Source: Alphaproteobacteria bacterium (GTDB lineage: Bacteria > Pseudomonadota > Alphaproteobacteria > SHVV01). Taken from it: a stretch of 64,000 nt of DNA. Position 1 is the stretch's first letter; each line of letters opens with the position of its first letter. A model generated the notes under the pieces. That model worked only from the letters and a program-made list of their open reading frames with translations, did no database searches and was not told the origin of the DNA. The DNA is taken from positions 3,680,001-3,744,000 of the forward strand of contig OZ253470.1 of NCBI GenBank assembly GCA_965261735.1. Direction: 5' to 3'. Below are positions 1 through 9,130 of this stretch, in pieces. The position numbers were made by a program, and so were the translations under genes.

Positions 1-2
1 GG

Positions 3-548
3 ATGCGCCTTCTCGAGCGTGTCCCGGGCAGTGTCCTCTGGCTCGGAAGGTGGATGGACGCGACTTGCGACAACCTACGCCGCGAGGCTGAAGCCGCGGG
101 TATCGACCCGGAGCGGCTGGTGTTCTCCGAGATCGCCACACGCGAGGTTCACTGCGCGCGGCTAAGCCACGCCGATCTTGCGCTCGACAATCGCTATCAT
201 GGGGGTGGCGTCACAACCATCGATGCGCTCGCCGCCGGCGTGCCCGTGTTGACCGTGACGGGCGACACGCCGGCCGGCCGCCTCGGGGCCACCCTGCTAA
301 GCGCGGCCGGCATTCCGGAGATGATCACCGTGAGCCTCGCCGACTACGAGGCGCGGGCGCTTGATTTCGCACGCAACCCGGAGGCGCTCGAAGCCATCCG
401 GCGCAAGCTGGGCGATGGCCTCGCTACCTGTGCGCTGTTCGATACGCGCCGCTATACCCGCCACCTCGAGCGCGGCTTCGAGCTGATATGGGAGAGGCAC
501 GCGACCGGCAAGGCGCCTGCCGACATCGAGGTGCCGGCAAGTCGATGA
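3..548 (+). CDS. O-GlcNAc transferase / SPINDLY-like GT41 protein, C-terminal part (5' end outside window)
   Basis: Motifs GIDPERLVF, ADLALD, GGVTTIDALAAGVPVLT and LFDTRRYTRHLE are typical of the GT41 C-terminal catalytic domain. Confidence 0.85.
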   Translation: MRLLERVPGSVLWLGRWMDATCDNLRREAEAAGIDPERLVFSEIATREVHCARLSHADLALDNRYHGGGVTTIDALAAGVPVLTVTGDTPAGRLGATLLSAAGIPEMITVSLADYEARALDFARNPEALEAIRRKLGDGLATCALFDTRRYTRHLERGFELIWERHATGKAPADIEVPASR

Positions 549-707
549 GCCGAGTCGTTCGTGGCACGCTTATCCGAGCGCATCCCACTCGGGCGCATGG
601 CCGAGCCCGACGACTACATGGCCGCGGTGCAGTTCCTATGCAGTGGCGCGTCGCGCTATATGACGGGCCAGACCGTCGTCATCGACGGCGGCCGCACCAT
701 CATCTGA
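545..707 (+). pseudogene. Short-chain dehydrogenase/reductase remnant (C-terminal ~51 aa only)
   Basis: 552-707 translates [51 protein letters not shown], an SDR C-terminus. The ATG at 545 overlaps the upstream stop but is out of frame, so most of the gene is deleted. Confidence 0.8.
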
Positions 708-714
708 GGCGCGC

Positions 715-1320
715 CTAGGAGTGCTCGTCTCGGCGTCTTAGTGGTAGCACCCGGTCTTTCTGCGGCGCACCGTCCCAGCGGCGCGCGAAGTCTGCAGCGA
801 TCCCGAACTGGTCGAGGATCCGCGCGACGACCTGGTCGACGATGTCGCCGAGCGTCTCGGGGTGGCTATAGAAGGCCGGCATCGGTGGCAGCACCGTGAT
901 CCCGAGCTGTGCGAGCTTGAGGAGGTTTTCGAGGTGAACCGCGCTGAGCGGGGTCTCGCGGGGAACGACGACGAGGCGGCGCTTCTCCTTGAGCGCCACC
1001 TCGGCGGCGCGGTGCAGGAGGTTGTCGCTCAGGCCGTGGGCGATGGCGGCCACGGTACGCATGGAACAGGGCACGACCGCCATGCCCTCGGTGACGAAGG
1101 AGCCCGACGCGACGGCGGCGCCGAGGTCGCCGGCCGCGTAGTGGTGGCTCGCCAGGGCCCGGACCGAGTCGAGTGTCCGCCCGGTCTCCTGCACGATCGT
1201 CTGCTGGCCCCAGCGGCTGATCACGAGATGCGTCTCGACGGCCTGCTCGCGGAGCGCCTCGAGAAGCCGGACCCCGAGGACGGCGCCGCTCGCACCACTG
1301 ATACCGACGATAAGCCTCAC
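715..1320 (-). CDS. ubiX: Flavin prenyltransferase UbiX
   Basis: Motifs RLIVGISGASG, ASGSF, PCSM, RETPL and PPMPAFY; GGAGG RBS before the GTG start. Confidence 0.93.
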   Translation of the reverse strand: MRLIVGISGASGAVLGVRLLEALREQAVETHLVISRWGQQTIVQETGRTLDSVRALASHHYAAGDLGAAVASGSFVTEGMAVVPCSMRTVAAIAHGLSDNLLHRAAEVALKEKRRLVVVPRETPLSAVHLENLLKLAQLGITVLPPMPAFYSHPETLGDIVDQVVARILDQFGIAADFARRWDGAPQKDRVLPLRRRDEHS

Positions 1321-1358
1321 TTACTTTCCTCCAGGGCGCCGGGCCGCGCCCGCGGGCC

Positions 1359-1388
1359 ATAATGATCGCGGCCGAAGTCGTGCGTCAA
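1359..1388 (-). promoter_or_regulatory. Putative sigma70 promoter of ubiX
   Basis: TTGACG-N18-CATTAT on the minus strand. Confidence 0.5.
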
Positions 1389-1426
1389 TCGGCAGGTCGG
1401 TCCCGCGAAGAGGCCGCTGCCGACGG

Positions 1427-1455
1427 TTGGACGGCCCGGACGCCGCCGCTATAGT
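1427..1455 (+). promoter_or_regulatory. Putative sigma70 promoter of the ABC operon
   Basis: TTGGAC-N17-TATAGT, 38 nt before the ATG at 1493. Confidence 0.5.
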
Positions 1456-1492
1456 TCGCGGGCGCCGCGCGGGCGCAACAGGGGGGCCGGAG

Positions 1493-2662
1493 ATGCAGGT
1501 TCGTCGCGTTTTTCTTGCTGTGGGTTTGCTCGCGGCGGGTCTGTCGCCGGCCACGGCCGAGCCGGTGCGGGTCGGCGTGCTCCTACCCTATAGCGGTACC
1601 TTCGCCGCGCTCGGCGAGGAGATCACGCGCGGCCTCGAGCTCGGGTTCGACACGTTCGGCGCGGCGGTCGGGCGGCCGTTCGTCCTTGTGAAAGAGGACA
1701 CCGCGGCCACGCCCGCCACGGGCCTCGCCAAGGCACGCAAGCTTGTGCTCGCCGACGAGGTCGACCTCCTCACCGGCGTCGTCCACTCCGGCGTGCTTGG
1801 GGCGCTGCGCGACTTCGTGCACGGCGCGCACGTGCCGCTCGTCGTCGCCAATGCCGGCAACGTCACCATCACCGGGCCGCGCTGCAGCCCATGGATCGTG
1901 CGCGTCTCATTCTCCAACGATCAGATCGTGCGCGAGATGGGGCCGTGGATGCGCCGGCGCGGGTTCGAGCGCGTCTTTCTGATGGCGCTCGACTACGCGG
2001 CCGGCCACCAGATGATGGACTCGTTCCGGCGCGGCTTCGTCGCCGGCGGCGGCGCCATCGTCGGTGAGGAGTACCCGCCCTTCGGCACCATCACCGACTT
2101 CGCGCCCTATTTCGCCAAGGTGCAGGCGACCCGCCCCGATGCCCTGTTCGTGTTCTTCTCCGGCGGCACCGCGGTGCAGTTCGTCAAGGACTTCGATGCC
2201 TTCGGGCTCAAGGATCGGGTCACCCTGGCGGGCGCGGGGTGGCTCGTCTCGCCCTTGCACCTCGCCGCGCAGGGCTCGGCGGCGGCGGGCGTGCTCGGCA
2301 TCCTCAACTACGTACCGACCATCGATATGCCGGCCAACCGGCGCTTCCAGGACGCCTACCAGGCGCGGCACGGGCGTATTGGGTCGGAGTTCGCGGTGCA
2401 GGGGTACGATGCGGCCCGGCTTATCGTCGAAGCGCTGCACATAACCGGAGGCGACACCGACGACAAGGTGGCGCTCGCACGGGCGCTGCGCGGGGCGAGC
2501 TTCGAGGGACCGCGCGGCTTCACCCGAATCGATCCGGCCACCGGCAACGTCATCCAGAACATCTACGTGTTCGAAACGAAAAGTACGGGCGGCACCGTTG
2601 CGCCCACGGTCGTCGACGTCATCCCCGACGTACAAGACCCGCCCAACGGCTGCCGGCTGTAG
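1493..2662 (+). CDS. Liv-type ABC substrate-binding protein (aromatic-acid-binding-like)
   Basis: Signal peptide, then VRVGVLLPYSGTFAALG, DYAAG and QGYDAA (type 1 periplasmic binding fold); GGAG RBS before ATG 1493. Confidence 0.88.
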   Translation: MQVRRVFLAVGLLAAGLSPATAEPVRVGVLLPYSGTFAALGEEITRGLELGFDTFGAAVGRPFVLVKEDTAATPATGLAKARKLVLADEVDLLTGVVHSGVLGALRDFVHGAHVPLVVANAGNVTITGPRCSPWIVRVSFSNDQIVREMGPWMRRRGFERVFLMALDYAAGHQMMDSFRRGFVAGGGAIVGEEYPPFGTITDFAPYFAKVQATRPDALFVFFSGGTAVQFVKDFDAFGLKDRVTLAGAGWLVSPLHLAAQGSAAAGVLGILNYVPTIDMPANRRFQDAYQARHGRIGSEFAVQGYDAARLIVEALHITGGDTDDKVALARALRGASFEGPRGFTRIDPATGNVIQNIYVFETKSTGGTVAPTVVDVIPDVQDPPNGCRL

Positions 2663-2700
2663 GGCGCATGCGGCGGTCGGCCGCCCCGTGGACGCCATAG

Positions 2701-3579
2701 GTGCTGCTCGATCCCACCTTCGTTGCGATCCAGGTGCTGAACGGGCTGCAGCTCTCGATGCTGCTGTTTCTGCTGGCGGTCGGGCTGTCGGTCGTCTTCG
2801 GGCTGATGAACTTCGTCAACCTGGCGCATGGCGCGCTGTATGCGCTGGGCGCCTATCTCGGACTCAGTTGCGTACGCCTGACCGGCTCGGTCTGGCTCGC
2901 CTTTGCACTGGCGCCGCTCGGCGTCACGCTGATCGGCGTGGCGTTGTACGCCACCCTGCTACGCCGCCTCGTGAGCGAGAGTCCGATGACGCAGATCCTG
3001 GCCACCTTCGGGCTCATGCTCGTCGCCGTGGATGCGGTCCGAATGGCGTGGGGCAATCTCGAGCACTCGCTGCCATCGCCGGCCGGGCTCACAGGTAGCG
3101 TCGAGATTCTCGGTCAAGCCTACCCCGTCTATCGCCTCTTCATCATCGCCCTCGGCGGCCTCATCATGGCGGCCCTTTATGTGGGGCTGGAGCGAACCCG
3201 GTTCGGCGCCATCATCCGTGCCGGCGTCGACAACCGGGTCATGGCGGCGAGCCTCGGAATCGATGTCGGGCGCGCGTTCTTCTGGGCATTCTGCCTCGGC
3301 AGCTTTCTCGCTGGGCTGGCGGGCGTGGTGGCGGGCGCCGTGCTGCCGATGGCGCCGGGCATGGGCCTCGACATCCTGATCCTCACGCTCGTCGTCGTCG
3401 TGGTGGGCGGGCCCGGTAGCCTCAAGGGTACCGTTCTGGGCTCACTCCTGATCGGCATGGCCGCGACGTTCGGCCAGGTGCTGGCGCCGCAATATGCGAG
3501 CATCACCCTCTACGCGGTGATGGCCCTCGTCCTCGTGGTCCGGCCGCAGGGTCTTATGCCGGCCAGGGGTCGGAGCTGA
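2701..3579 (+). CDS. Liv-type ABC permease (LivH-like)
   Basis: NGLQLSMLLFLLAVGLSVVFGLMNFVNLAHG, RTRFGAIIRA, VVGGPGS. Confidence 0.92.
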   Translation: MLLDPTFVAIQVLNGLQLSMLLFLLAVGLSVVFGLMNFVNLAHGALYALGAYLGLSCVRLTGSVWLAFALAPLGVTLIGVALYATLLRRLVSESPMTQILATFGLMLVAVDAVRMAWGNLEHSLPSPAGLTGSVEILGQAYPVYRLFIIALGGLIMAALYVGLERTRFGAIIRAGVDNRVMAASLGIDVGRAFFWAFCLGSFLAGLAGVVAGAVLPMAPGMGLDILILTLVVVVVGGPGSLKGTVLGSLLIGMAATFGQVLAPQYASITLYAVMALVLVVRPQGLMPARGRS

Positions 3580-4529
3580 TGGCGGCGACGGACGCGGTGC
3601 GGCGTCCCTTCGCCGCCGCGCTCATAGCCGTGGCCCTTGTCGCTTGGTTCGCCTCTGGCGGGTTCGGCAAGGAGCTCCTGGCGGAGATCGCCATATTCGC
3701 GATTCTCGCGATGAGCCTCGATCTACTGGTCGGCACTACCGGCATGGTGTCGCTGGGACACGCGGCGTTCTTCGGCATCGGCGCCTATGCAACGGCGGGC
3801 TTGGTAGTGGGGTCGGGCTGGCCGCTCGGCCTCGCCATGCCCGCCGCGATCGCGATCAGCGCGCTGGCGGCAGCTCTGACCGGCGTCTTCATGGTGCGCC
3901 TCGGTGGCGTGTTCTTCATTATCGTGACCCTGGCCGTGGGCCAGATGGCGCACGCCTTCTTCTTCAAGAACCGCGCCTTCGGCGGCAGCGACGGCATGGC
4001 GGGAACGCCGCGTCTCGCGCTCGAGCCGCTCGGCATCGATCTTGGAGACCCCGCGATGTTCGCGCTGTTCGCCATGGGCGCCACGCTCATGGTGTACCTC
4101 GCGCTCGAGGTCGTGACGGCGTCGCCCTTTGGCCGCACGCTCGTCGGCATCCGCGAGAACGAGCAGCGCATGCGCGCGCTTGGCTGTCCGGTCACGGCCC
4201 ACAAGCTCGCCGCTTTCGTGCTCGCCGGCGCGCTGGCCGGCCTCGCGGGCTCGCTGACGGCGCAGCATACGGGTTTCGTATCACCCGAGCTCGCGTTCTG
4301 GACCGTATCGGGGGAAGTGCTGGTGATGGTCATTATCGGTGGCCAGGGACGGCTCGCCGGCGCCGTCGCCGGTGCCGCCGTCGTCATCCTGCTGCGCCAC
4401 GAGCTGTCGTCGCTAACCGAATACTGGACCTTCCTCATGGGGCTGTTCTTCATCGCCGTCGCGCTGTTCGCCCGCGGCGGCCTGTACGGCGCCGCCGCGC
4501 GGGCCTGGGCGTGGCGGCCGGCGCGATGA
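3579..4529 (+). CDS. Liv-type ABC permease (LivM-like)
   Basis: SLDLLVGTTGMVSLGHAAFFGIGAY, SPFGRTLVGIRENE; start overlaps the previous stop. Confidence 0.92.
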   Translation: MAATDAVRRPFAAALIAVALVAWFASGGFGKELLAEIAIFAILAMSLDLLVGTTGMVSLGHAAFFGIGAYATAGLVVGSGWPLGLAMPAAIAISALAAALTGVFMVRLGGVFFIIVTLAVGQMAHAFFFKNRAFGGSDGMAGTPRLALEPLGIDLGDPAMFALFAMGATLMVYLALEVVTASPFGRTLVGIRENEQRMRALGCPVTAHKLAAFVLAGALAGLAGSLTAQHTGFVSPELAFWTVSGEVLVMVIIGGQGRLAGAVAGAAVVILLRHELSSLTEYWTFLMGLFFIAVALFARGGLYGAAARAWAWRPAR

Positions 4530-4536
4530 ACCGCTC

Positions 4537-5277
4537 ATGCTGAAGGCGTCGGGCTTGCACAAGGCGTTTGGCTCGCTCCGGGTCGCCGACGGCATCACGC
4601 TCGAGGTACCCAAGGGGCGACGCCACGCGATCATCGGTCCCAATGGCGCCGGCAAGACGACGTTGTTCGACCTGCTCGCCGGCGAGGTCAAGGCCGACGC
4701 CGGACGCGTCGTTATCGACGGCGTCGACATCAGCCATGCGCGCCCCGATGAGCGGGCCCGCGCCGGCCTCGCGCGCAGCTTTCAGCGCCCCAACCTGTTC
4801 CCGGCCATGAGCGTGCGCGACAACATCCTGACGGCGCTCGTCGTGCACCACCGGCTGGGCCACGTGGCCTGGCGGAGGCTGCGCCGCCTCGGGGTACTGG
4901 CCGACGAAGCGCTGGGCTGGGCCGTGCGCGTCGGGCTTGGCGGCGACGTCGACCGCCCGGCGCGGAACCTCGACCACGGCAATCAACGCCGCCTCGAAAT
5001 CGCGCTGGCCCTTGTGCTCGAGCCCAAGGTACTGCTGCTCGACGAGCCCACCGCCGGCATGAGCGCGCAGGAAACGGCGACGATGCGGGCGCTCATCGCC
5101 GACCTGCCCGCGACCCTGACGATCCTCATCGTCGAACACGACATGGAGGTCGTGTTCGGTCTCGCCGAGCGGATTACGGTGCTCGACTACGGCCGCGTCC
5201 TTCTCGAGGGCGCACCCGATGAGGTCCGCGGATCGGCCCTCGTGCGCGAACGCTACCTCGGAAGGGCCGCGCCATGA
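4537..5277 (+). CDS. ABC ATPase (LivG-like)
   Basis: Walker A GPNGAGKTT, Walker B LLLDEPTAG, VEHD. Confidence 0.92.
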   Translation: MLKASGLHKAFGSLRVADGITLEVPKGRRHAIIGPNGAGKTTLFDLLAGEVKADAGRVVIDGVDISHARPDERARAGLARSFQRPNLFPAMSVRDNILTALVVHHRLGHVAWRRLRRLGVLADEALGWAVRVGLGGDVDRPARNLDHGNQRRLEIALALVLEPKVLLLDEPTAGMSAQETATMRALIADLPATLTILIVEHDMEVVFGLAERITVLDYGRVLLEGAPDEVRGSALVRERYLGRAAP

Positions 5278-5975
5278 CCGGCGCCCTGCTGCGCCTCGAC
5301 GACGTTCACGCCTATTACGCCGACAGCCACGTCCTCCAGGGCGTCTCGTTCGACGTGGGCGCCGGCGAGGTCGTGAGCTTGCTCGGGCGCAACGGCGCCG
5401 GCAAGACGACGACGCTGAAGTCGGTGATGGGCATCGTGCGCCCGCGGCGCGGCCGCGTGGTGCTCGGTGGACGCGAACTCGGGGGCTGGCCCATCCACCA
5501 GGTGGCGCGCGCCGGAGTGGCCTACGTCCCCGAAACGCGGGACGTATTCCCCTCGCTCAGCGTGCGCGAGAATCTGGCGCTCGGCACCGGCGGCGACGGT
5601 GAGTGGACGCTCGAGCGCGTCCTCGCCCTGTTCCCGCAGCTCGCCGGCCTGTTGTCGCGCCCGGGCGCCACGCTTTCCGGAGGCGAGCAACAAATGCTCG
5701 CTGTCGGCCGCGCGCTCGTCGGCAATCCACGCTGCCTACTGCTCGACGAGCCCATGGAAGGGCTGGCACCTCGGGTTGTCGATGATATTCGCGCGGTTCT
5801 CATGAGGCTCAAGTCGGTTGGCCTGGCGATGCTTGTGGTCGACCACGACATGGACTTCGCCGCATCGTATTCCGATCGCGTCGTCGTCCTCGGCAAGGGC
5901 CAGGTGCGCTGGCAGGGGAGCGGCCGCGATTTCGCACGCGCCGCGGAGGTCAAGCGGCTCTGGCTCGGGCTCTGA
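5274..5975 (+). CDS. ABC ATPase (LivF-like)
   Basis: GRNGAGKTT, LSGGEQQML, LLLDEP. Confidence 0.92.
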   Translation: MTGALLRLDDVHAYYADSHVLQGVSFDVGAGEVVSLLGRNGAGKTTTLKSVMGIVRPRRGRVVLGGRELGGWPIHQVARAGVAYVPETRDVFPSLSVRENLALGTGGDGEWTLERVLALFPQLAGLLSRPGATLSGGEQQMLAVGRALVGNPRCLLLDEPMEGLAPRVVDDIRAVLMRLKSVGLAMLVVDHDMDFAASYSDRVVVLGKGQVRWQGSGRDFARAAEVKRLWLGL

Positions 5976-5996
5976 GCCGGCGCAACCGTCGCGGCG

Positions 5997-6731
5997 CTAG
6001 AGCGATACCGCCGAAACCAGCCGCGCACCGCGCGAGGCCATGAAATAGAGTCCCATGTAGTGGGTCACGTTCTGGGGGTGGGCGTTGGTCTCGGGCAGGC
6101 CCACCGCGAGGGCCGCATCGCGCGGCAGGTCGAAGGTCGCGCAGCCCGCCTCGTAGACCAGGATATCCTCGACACTCGGCATCAAGCCGTGGTTGCGCGC
6201 GGACAGCATGGTGAGCACGAAGTCCATCACGCAGATGTCGGTACAGATGCCGACAACCAGAATCCGCCGGACGCGGTGGCGGTTGGCCCAGTCGACCACC
6301 TGGTTGCGCCCGTCCGCGGTGATGGCGCCGACGAAGCCGTTGATGCAGTCCTTGCGCACCAGGGTCGTGTGGGCATCGTCCTCGAGCCAGGCGAGCTCGG
6401 GCACCAGGTTCTCCTCGCCCGTGCCGATCTCGCAGTGGGGCGGATAGGGTGGCTCGGCCTTGCCGGGCTCATGGGTGTCGAGGAGCGCGAGCAGGGGCCA
6501 GCCGCGGGCCGAGAACGCGCGCGCCAGGCGGTCGGTCTCCGACACCATGCGACTAACCTGCGGGTTGTCGCCGGCTGGGGCGAGGTTGCCGTAGCCGACG
6601 GCGGCAAAGCCGTTGACTTCGTCGACGATCACGAGTCCCAGGGGCTCGTCGCCGAGCGCAAGCCGCTCTGTGGCAAGCGGCATGGCGCCGCGCAGGGATG
6701 TGTCGATATCGGCGAGGCTGGCGTCGGTCAC
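5997..6731 (-). CDS. Isochorismatase-family cysteine hydrolase, nicotinamidase of the plant NIC1 type
   Basis: Catalytic D (VIVDEVNGF), metal ligands DTH and YPPHC, K in RKDCINGF, C in GICTDICV. Confidence 0.8.
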   Translation of the reverse strand: MTDASLADIDTSLRGAMPLATERLALGDEPLGLVIVDEVNGFAAVGYGNLAPAGDNPQVSRMVSETDRLARAFSARGWPLLALLDTHEPGKAEPPYPPHCEIGTGEENLVPELAWLEDDAHTTLVRKDCINGFVGAITADGRNQVVDWANRHRVRRILVVGICTDICVMDFVLTMLSARNHGLMPSVEDILVYEAGCATFDLPRDAALAVGLPETNAHPQNVTHYMGLYFMASRGARLVSAVSL

Positions 6732-6776
6732 GACTCAGCTCCGTGGACGAGGCCTAGCAGGCTGCTGAAAAAGTCA

Positions 6777-6938
6777 TCATTGCCGGGCCTTGAACTCGGA
6801 TTCATCGCCGAAATGAAATGAGATTTCGTGTCTTAGGGTGAAACCGTCTTCAATCTCGACCGATCCGATGCCCTGGGCTTCGTCCAGTTCGATGATCTGC
6901 CACTTTGCGGTCAGCGGCGTGCCGGCATCGCCCGTCAT
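6777..6938 (-). pseudogene. Small passenger ORF inside IS5 (53 aa), probably internally deleted
   Basis: ATG overlaps the transposase stop (ATGA); MTGDAGTPLTAKWQIIELDEAQGIGSVEIEDGFTLRHEISFHFGDESEFKARQ ends just inside the IR. Confidence 0.5.
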
Positions 6939-8056
6939 GTTGGCGCCTCCGCCAGCAGTCTGGGTAGTCGGACGAGGTTGTAGGCGGCCAAGGCCAGGGT
7001 GAACGAAGCGTCGACCCGGTGGCGGCCCCGGAATTTGGTCTTGCTCAATCCCGCGCTCGTCTTGACCCAGCCGAAGACCTCCTCGATGCGCTTGCGGCAA
7101 CGTTGGCTGACGCCGTAACCGGGATGGCGCGTCGTGCGCCCGTCTATCTTGGTCTTGCGCCGCTTGCCGGTCTTGGTGACGTGGTCCTGGACGGCGATAT
7201 GGGGGGTCACCTTGCGGTGCCGCAGTTCCTCGACAAAATCCGCGACGTCAAAACCCTTGTCCCCGCCCACCGTGATCCGACGCCGCCCGCCTCTACTCTC
7301 CACCGGGCGATGCCTGTCGATCAGATCAAGGGCGGCTTCGCGTTCCGCCGTGCCCGACGCAATGGTCACGCCGCCGCCGACTGCCAGACCATGGCGGTTC
7401 TCCGTCAGCGCATGGCCCATGTAACACAGCTTGCTTTCCCGGCCATTACCCTTGCGATAAAGCCGGGCGTCCGGATCAGTGGTGCTTGCATGGGTCGCGT
7501 TCGAGCGTTTCTCGCCATGAAAATCCCGCGCGGCGTTGCGCCCCGATCCCCCGTCGCCATCGTCCTCACCTTTGGGACGAAAGCTCTTCATCGACGCCCA
7601 GGCCTCGATCAATGTTCCGTCTACCGAAAAATGATCCCGGCTCAATAGTCCCCCTACCTTGTGGTGCTGGATAACCCCCGCAAGCAGCTGCCCCGAAACC
7701 TCCGCCTCCAGAAGACGGTCCCGGTTGTGGCAGAACGCGCTGGCGTCCCACACGCCATCGTCCAGCCCAAGCCCCACAAACCAGCAAAACAGCATGTTGA
7801 AGTTTAGCTGCTCCATCAGCTGACGCTCCGAGCAGATCGAATAAAACGCCTGCAACAGTAACGCTCGAAGAAGCTTCTCCGGCGGGATCGATGGGCGACC
7901 CATGTGGGAATAAAGCGTCTCGAACTCCGAAGATAGAGACCCCAATACGTCGTTCACGATCTCACGGATCAGACGCAGCGGATGATCATCCGGAACACGC
8001 TCTTCCAAGTCTACGTAGCTGAATAAATTGCCACTGCTTTGATCTCGACCCCGCAT
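6935..8056 (-). CDS. IS5-family transposase
   Basis: GRPSIPPEKLL, FSVDGTLIEAWAS, GDKGFD and RKRIEEVFGWVK (DDE motifs). Confidence 0.93.
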   Translation of the reverse strand: MRGRDQSSGNLFSYVDLEERVPDDHPLRLIREIVNDVLGSLSSEFETLYSHMGRPSIPPEKLLRALLLQAFYSICSERQLMEQLNFNMLFCWFVGLGLDDGVWDASAFCHNRDRLLEAEVSGQLLAGVIQHHKVGGLLSRDHFSVDGTLIEAWASMKSFRPKGEDDGDGGSGRNAARDFHGEKRSNATHASTTDPDARLYRKGNGRESKLCYMGHALTENRHGLAVGGGVTIASGTAEREAALDLIDRHRPVESRGGRRRITVGGDKGFDVADFVEELRHRKVTPHIAVQDHVTKTGKRRKTKIDGRTTRHPGYGVSQRCRKRIEEVFGWVKTSAGLSKTKFRGRHRVDASFTLALAAYNLVRLPRLLAEAPT

Positions 8057-8130
8057 GCCATCCTCCATCACTCGAAGGAATCACAGAATCATGTCACAAC
8101 TGCAAAGGCGAGGACTTTTTCAGCAGCCTG

Positions 8131-8955
8131 CTAGAGGAGATTGAAGCGCATGTGCTCGCGGGCAACGACGGCGCCGCTCCACATTCGCGATGCCTCGCTC
8201 TCCAGCTCCTCCATGAACGGGTCCTCATGGTCGGGGTCGTGATGGAAAATCGCCAGCGTCTTGGCGCCGGCGGCTTGGCACAGGCGCACGCCCTCCTGCC
8301 AGGTCGAATGGCCCCAGCCCATGCGGCCGGGAAACTCGTCGTCGGTGTAGGTGCTGTCATAGATCACGAAGTCCGCGCCCTCGATAAGGCCGAGCACGGT
8401 TTCGTCGGGCGCCCCGATCACATGCTCCAGGTCCGTGACGTAGCACATGGCCTTGCCGCGGAACTCGATGCGGTAGCCCGTTGCGCCGCCAGGATGGTTG
8501 AGCGCCGCCGTCTTCACCGTGATCCCTTCGCCGAGTCCGAAGGTGTCACCCGGCTTGAAGTCGGCGAACTCCATCTTCGAGCCCATCTTTTCCAGTGGCA
8601 CCGGAAAGATGGGGCTCGACATCTGGTTGGCGAGGACCTTCTCGACGCCGCCGTGGTCGTGCAGGTGACCGGCCATCAGCACGAAGGAACGATCGGCGCG
8701 GAAGGAGGGCGCAAAAAACGGAAAGCCGTTGATGTGATCCCAGTGCGTGTGGCTCAGCAGCATCGTCGCGTGCTTCAGGTCCTTGCGCAGGAACCAGTGA
8801 CCGAGTTCGCGCAAGCCCGTGCCGGCGTCGAGAATCACGCGCTGTCCGCCGAGCGACACCTCGACGCAGCTCGTGTTCCCGCCGAAGCCGATGTGCTGCG
8901 CCGTGGGACAGGCGATGCTGCCGCGCACGCCCCAGAATTTGATCTTGAAGCTCAT
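8131..8955 (-). CDS. Metallo-beta-lactamase-fold hydrolase (phosphodiesterase-like)
   Basis: FWGVRGS, GGNTSC, LDAGTG, SHTHWDHING, GWGHSTW, FHHDP. Its TAG stop is part of the IS5 target. Confidence 0.9.
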   Translation of the reverse strand: MSFKIKFWGVRGSIACPTAQHIGFGGNTSCVEVSLGGQRVILDAGTGLRELGHWFLRKDLKHATMLLSHTHWDHINGFPFFAPSFRADRSFVLMAGHLHDHGGVEKVLANQMSSPIFPVPLEKMGSKMEFADFKPGDTFGLGEGITVKTAALNHPGGATGYRIEFRGKAMCYVTDLEHVIGAPDETVLGLIEGADFVIYDSTYTDDEFPGRMGWGHSTWQEGVRLCQAAGAKTLAIFHHDPDHEDPFMEELESEASRMWSGAVVAREHMRFNLL

Positions 8956-9130
8956 TTAGGGGCCAGAGGCGTCGTGTAGTGTCGATGCCGTCATCTCGGC
9001 AAGCGACCCTGGAATACCAAATGCCGGCGCTAAAATACAGCGCAACCGATGGGGTGGACGCCCCTCCCGACGGCATCGCGATGTGCCAGGTTGGCGGTGT
9101 TGTTAACGCCAAGCGAGGAAGGGGGCGTCC

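Larger units (their letters stand above)
6758..8130 (-). mobile_element. IS5-family insertion sequence (1373 bp)
   Basis: Perfect 18-bp IR caggctgctgaaaaagtc / gactttttcagcagcctg; CTAG duplicated at 6754-6757 and 8131-8134. Confidence 0.95.
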
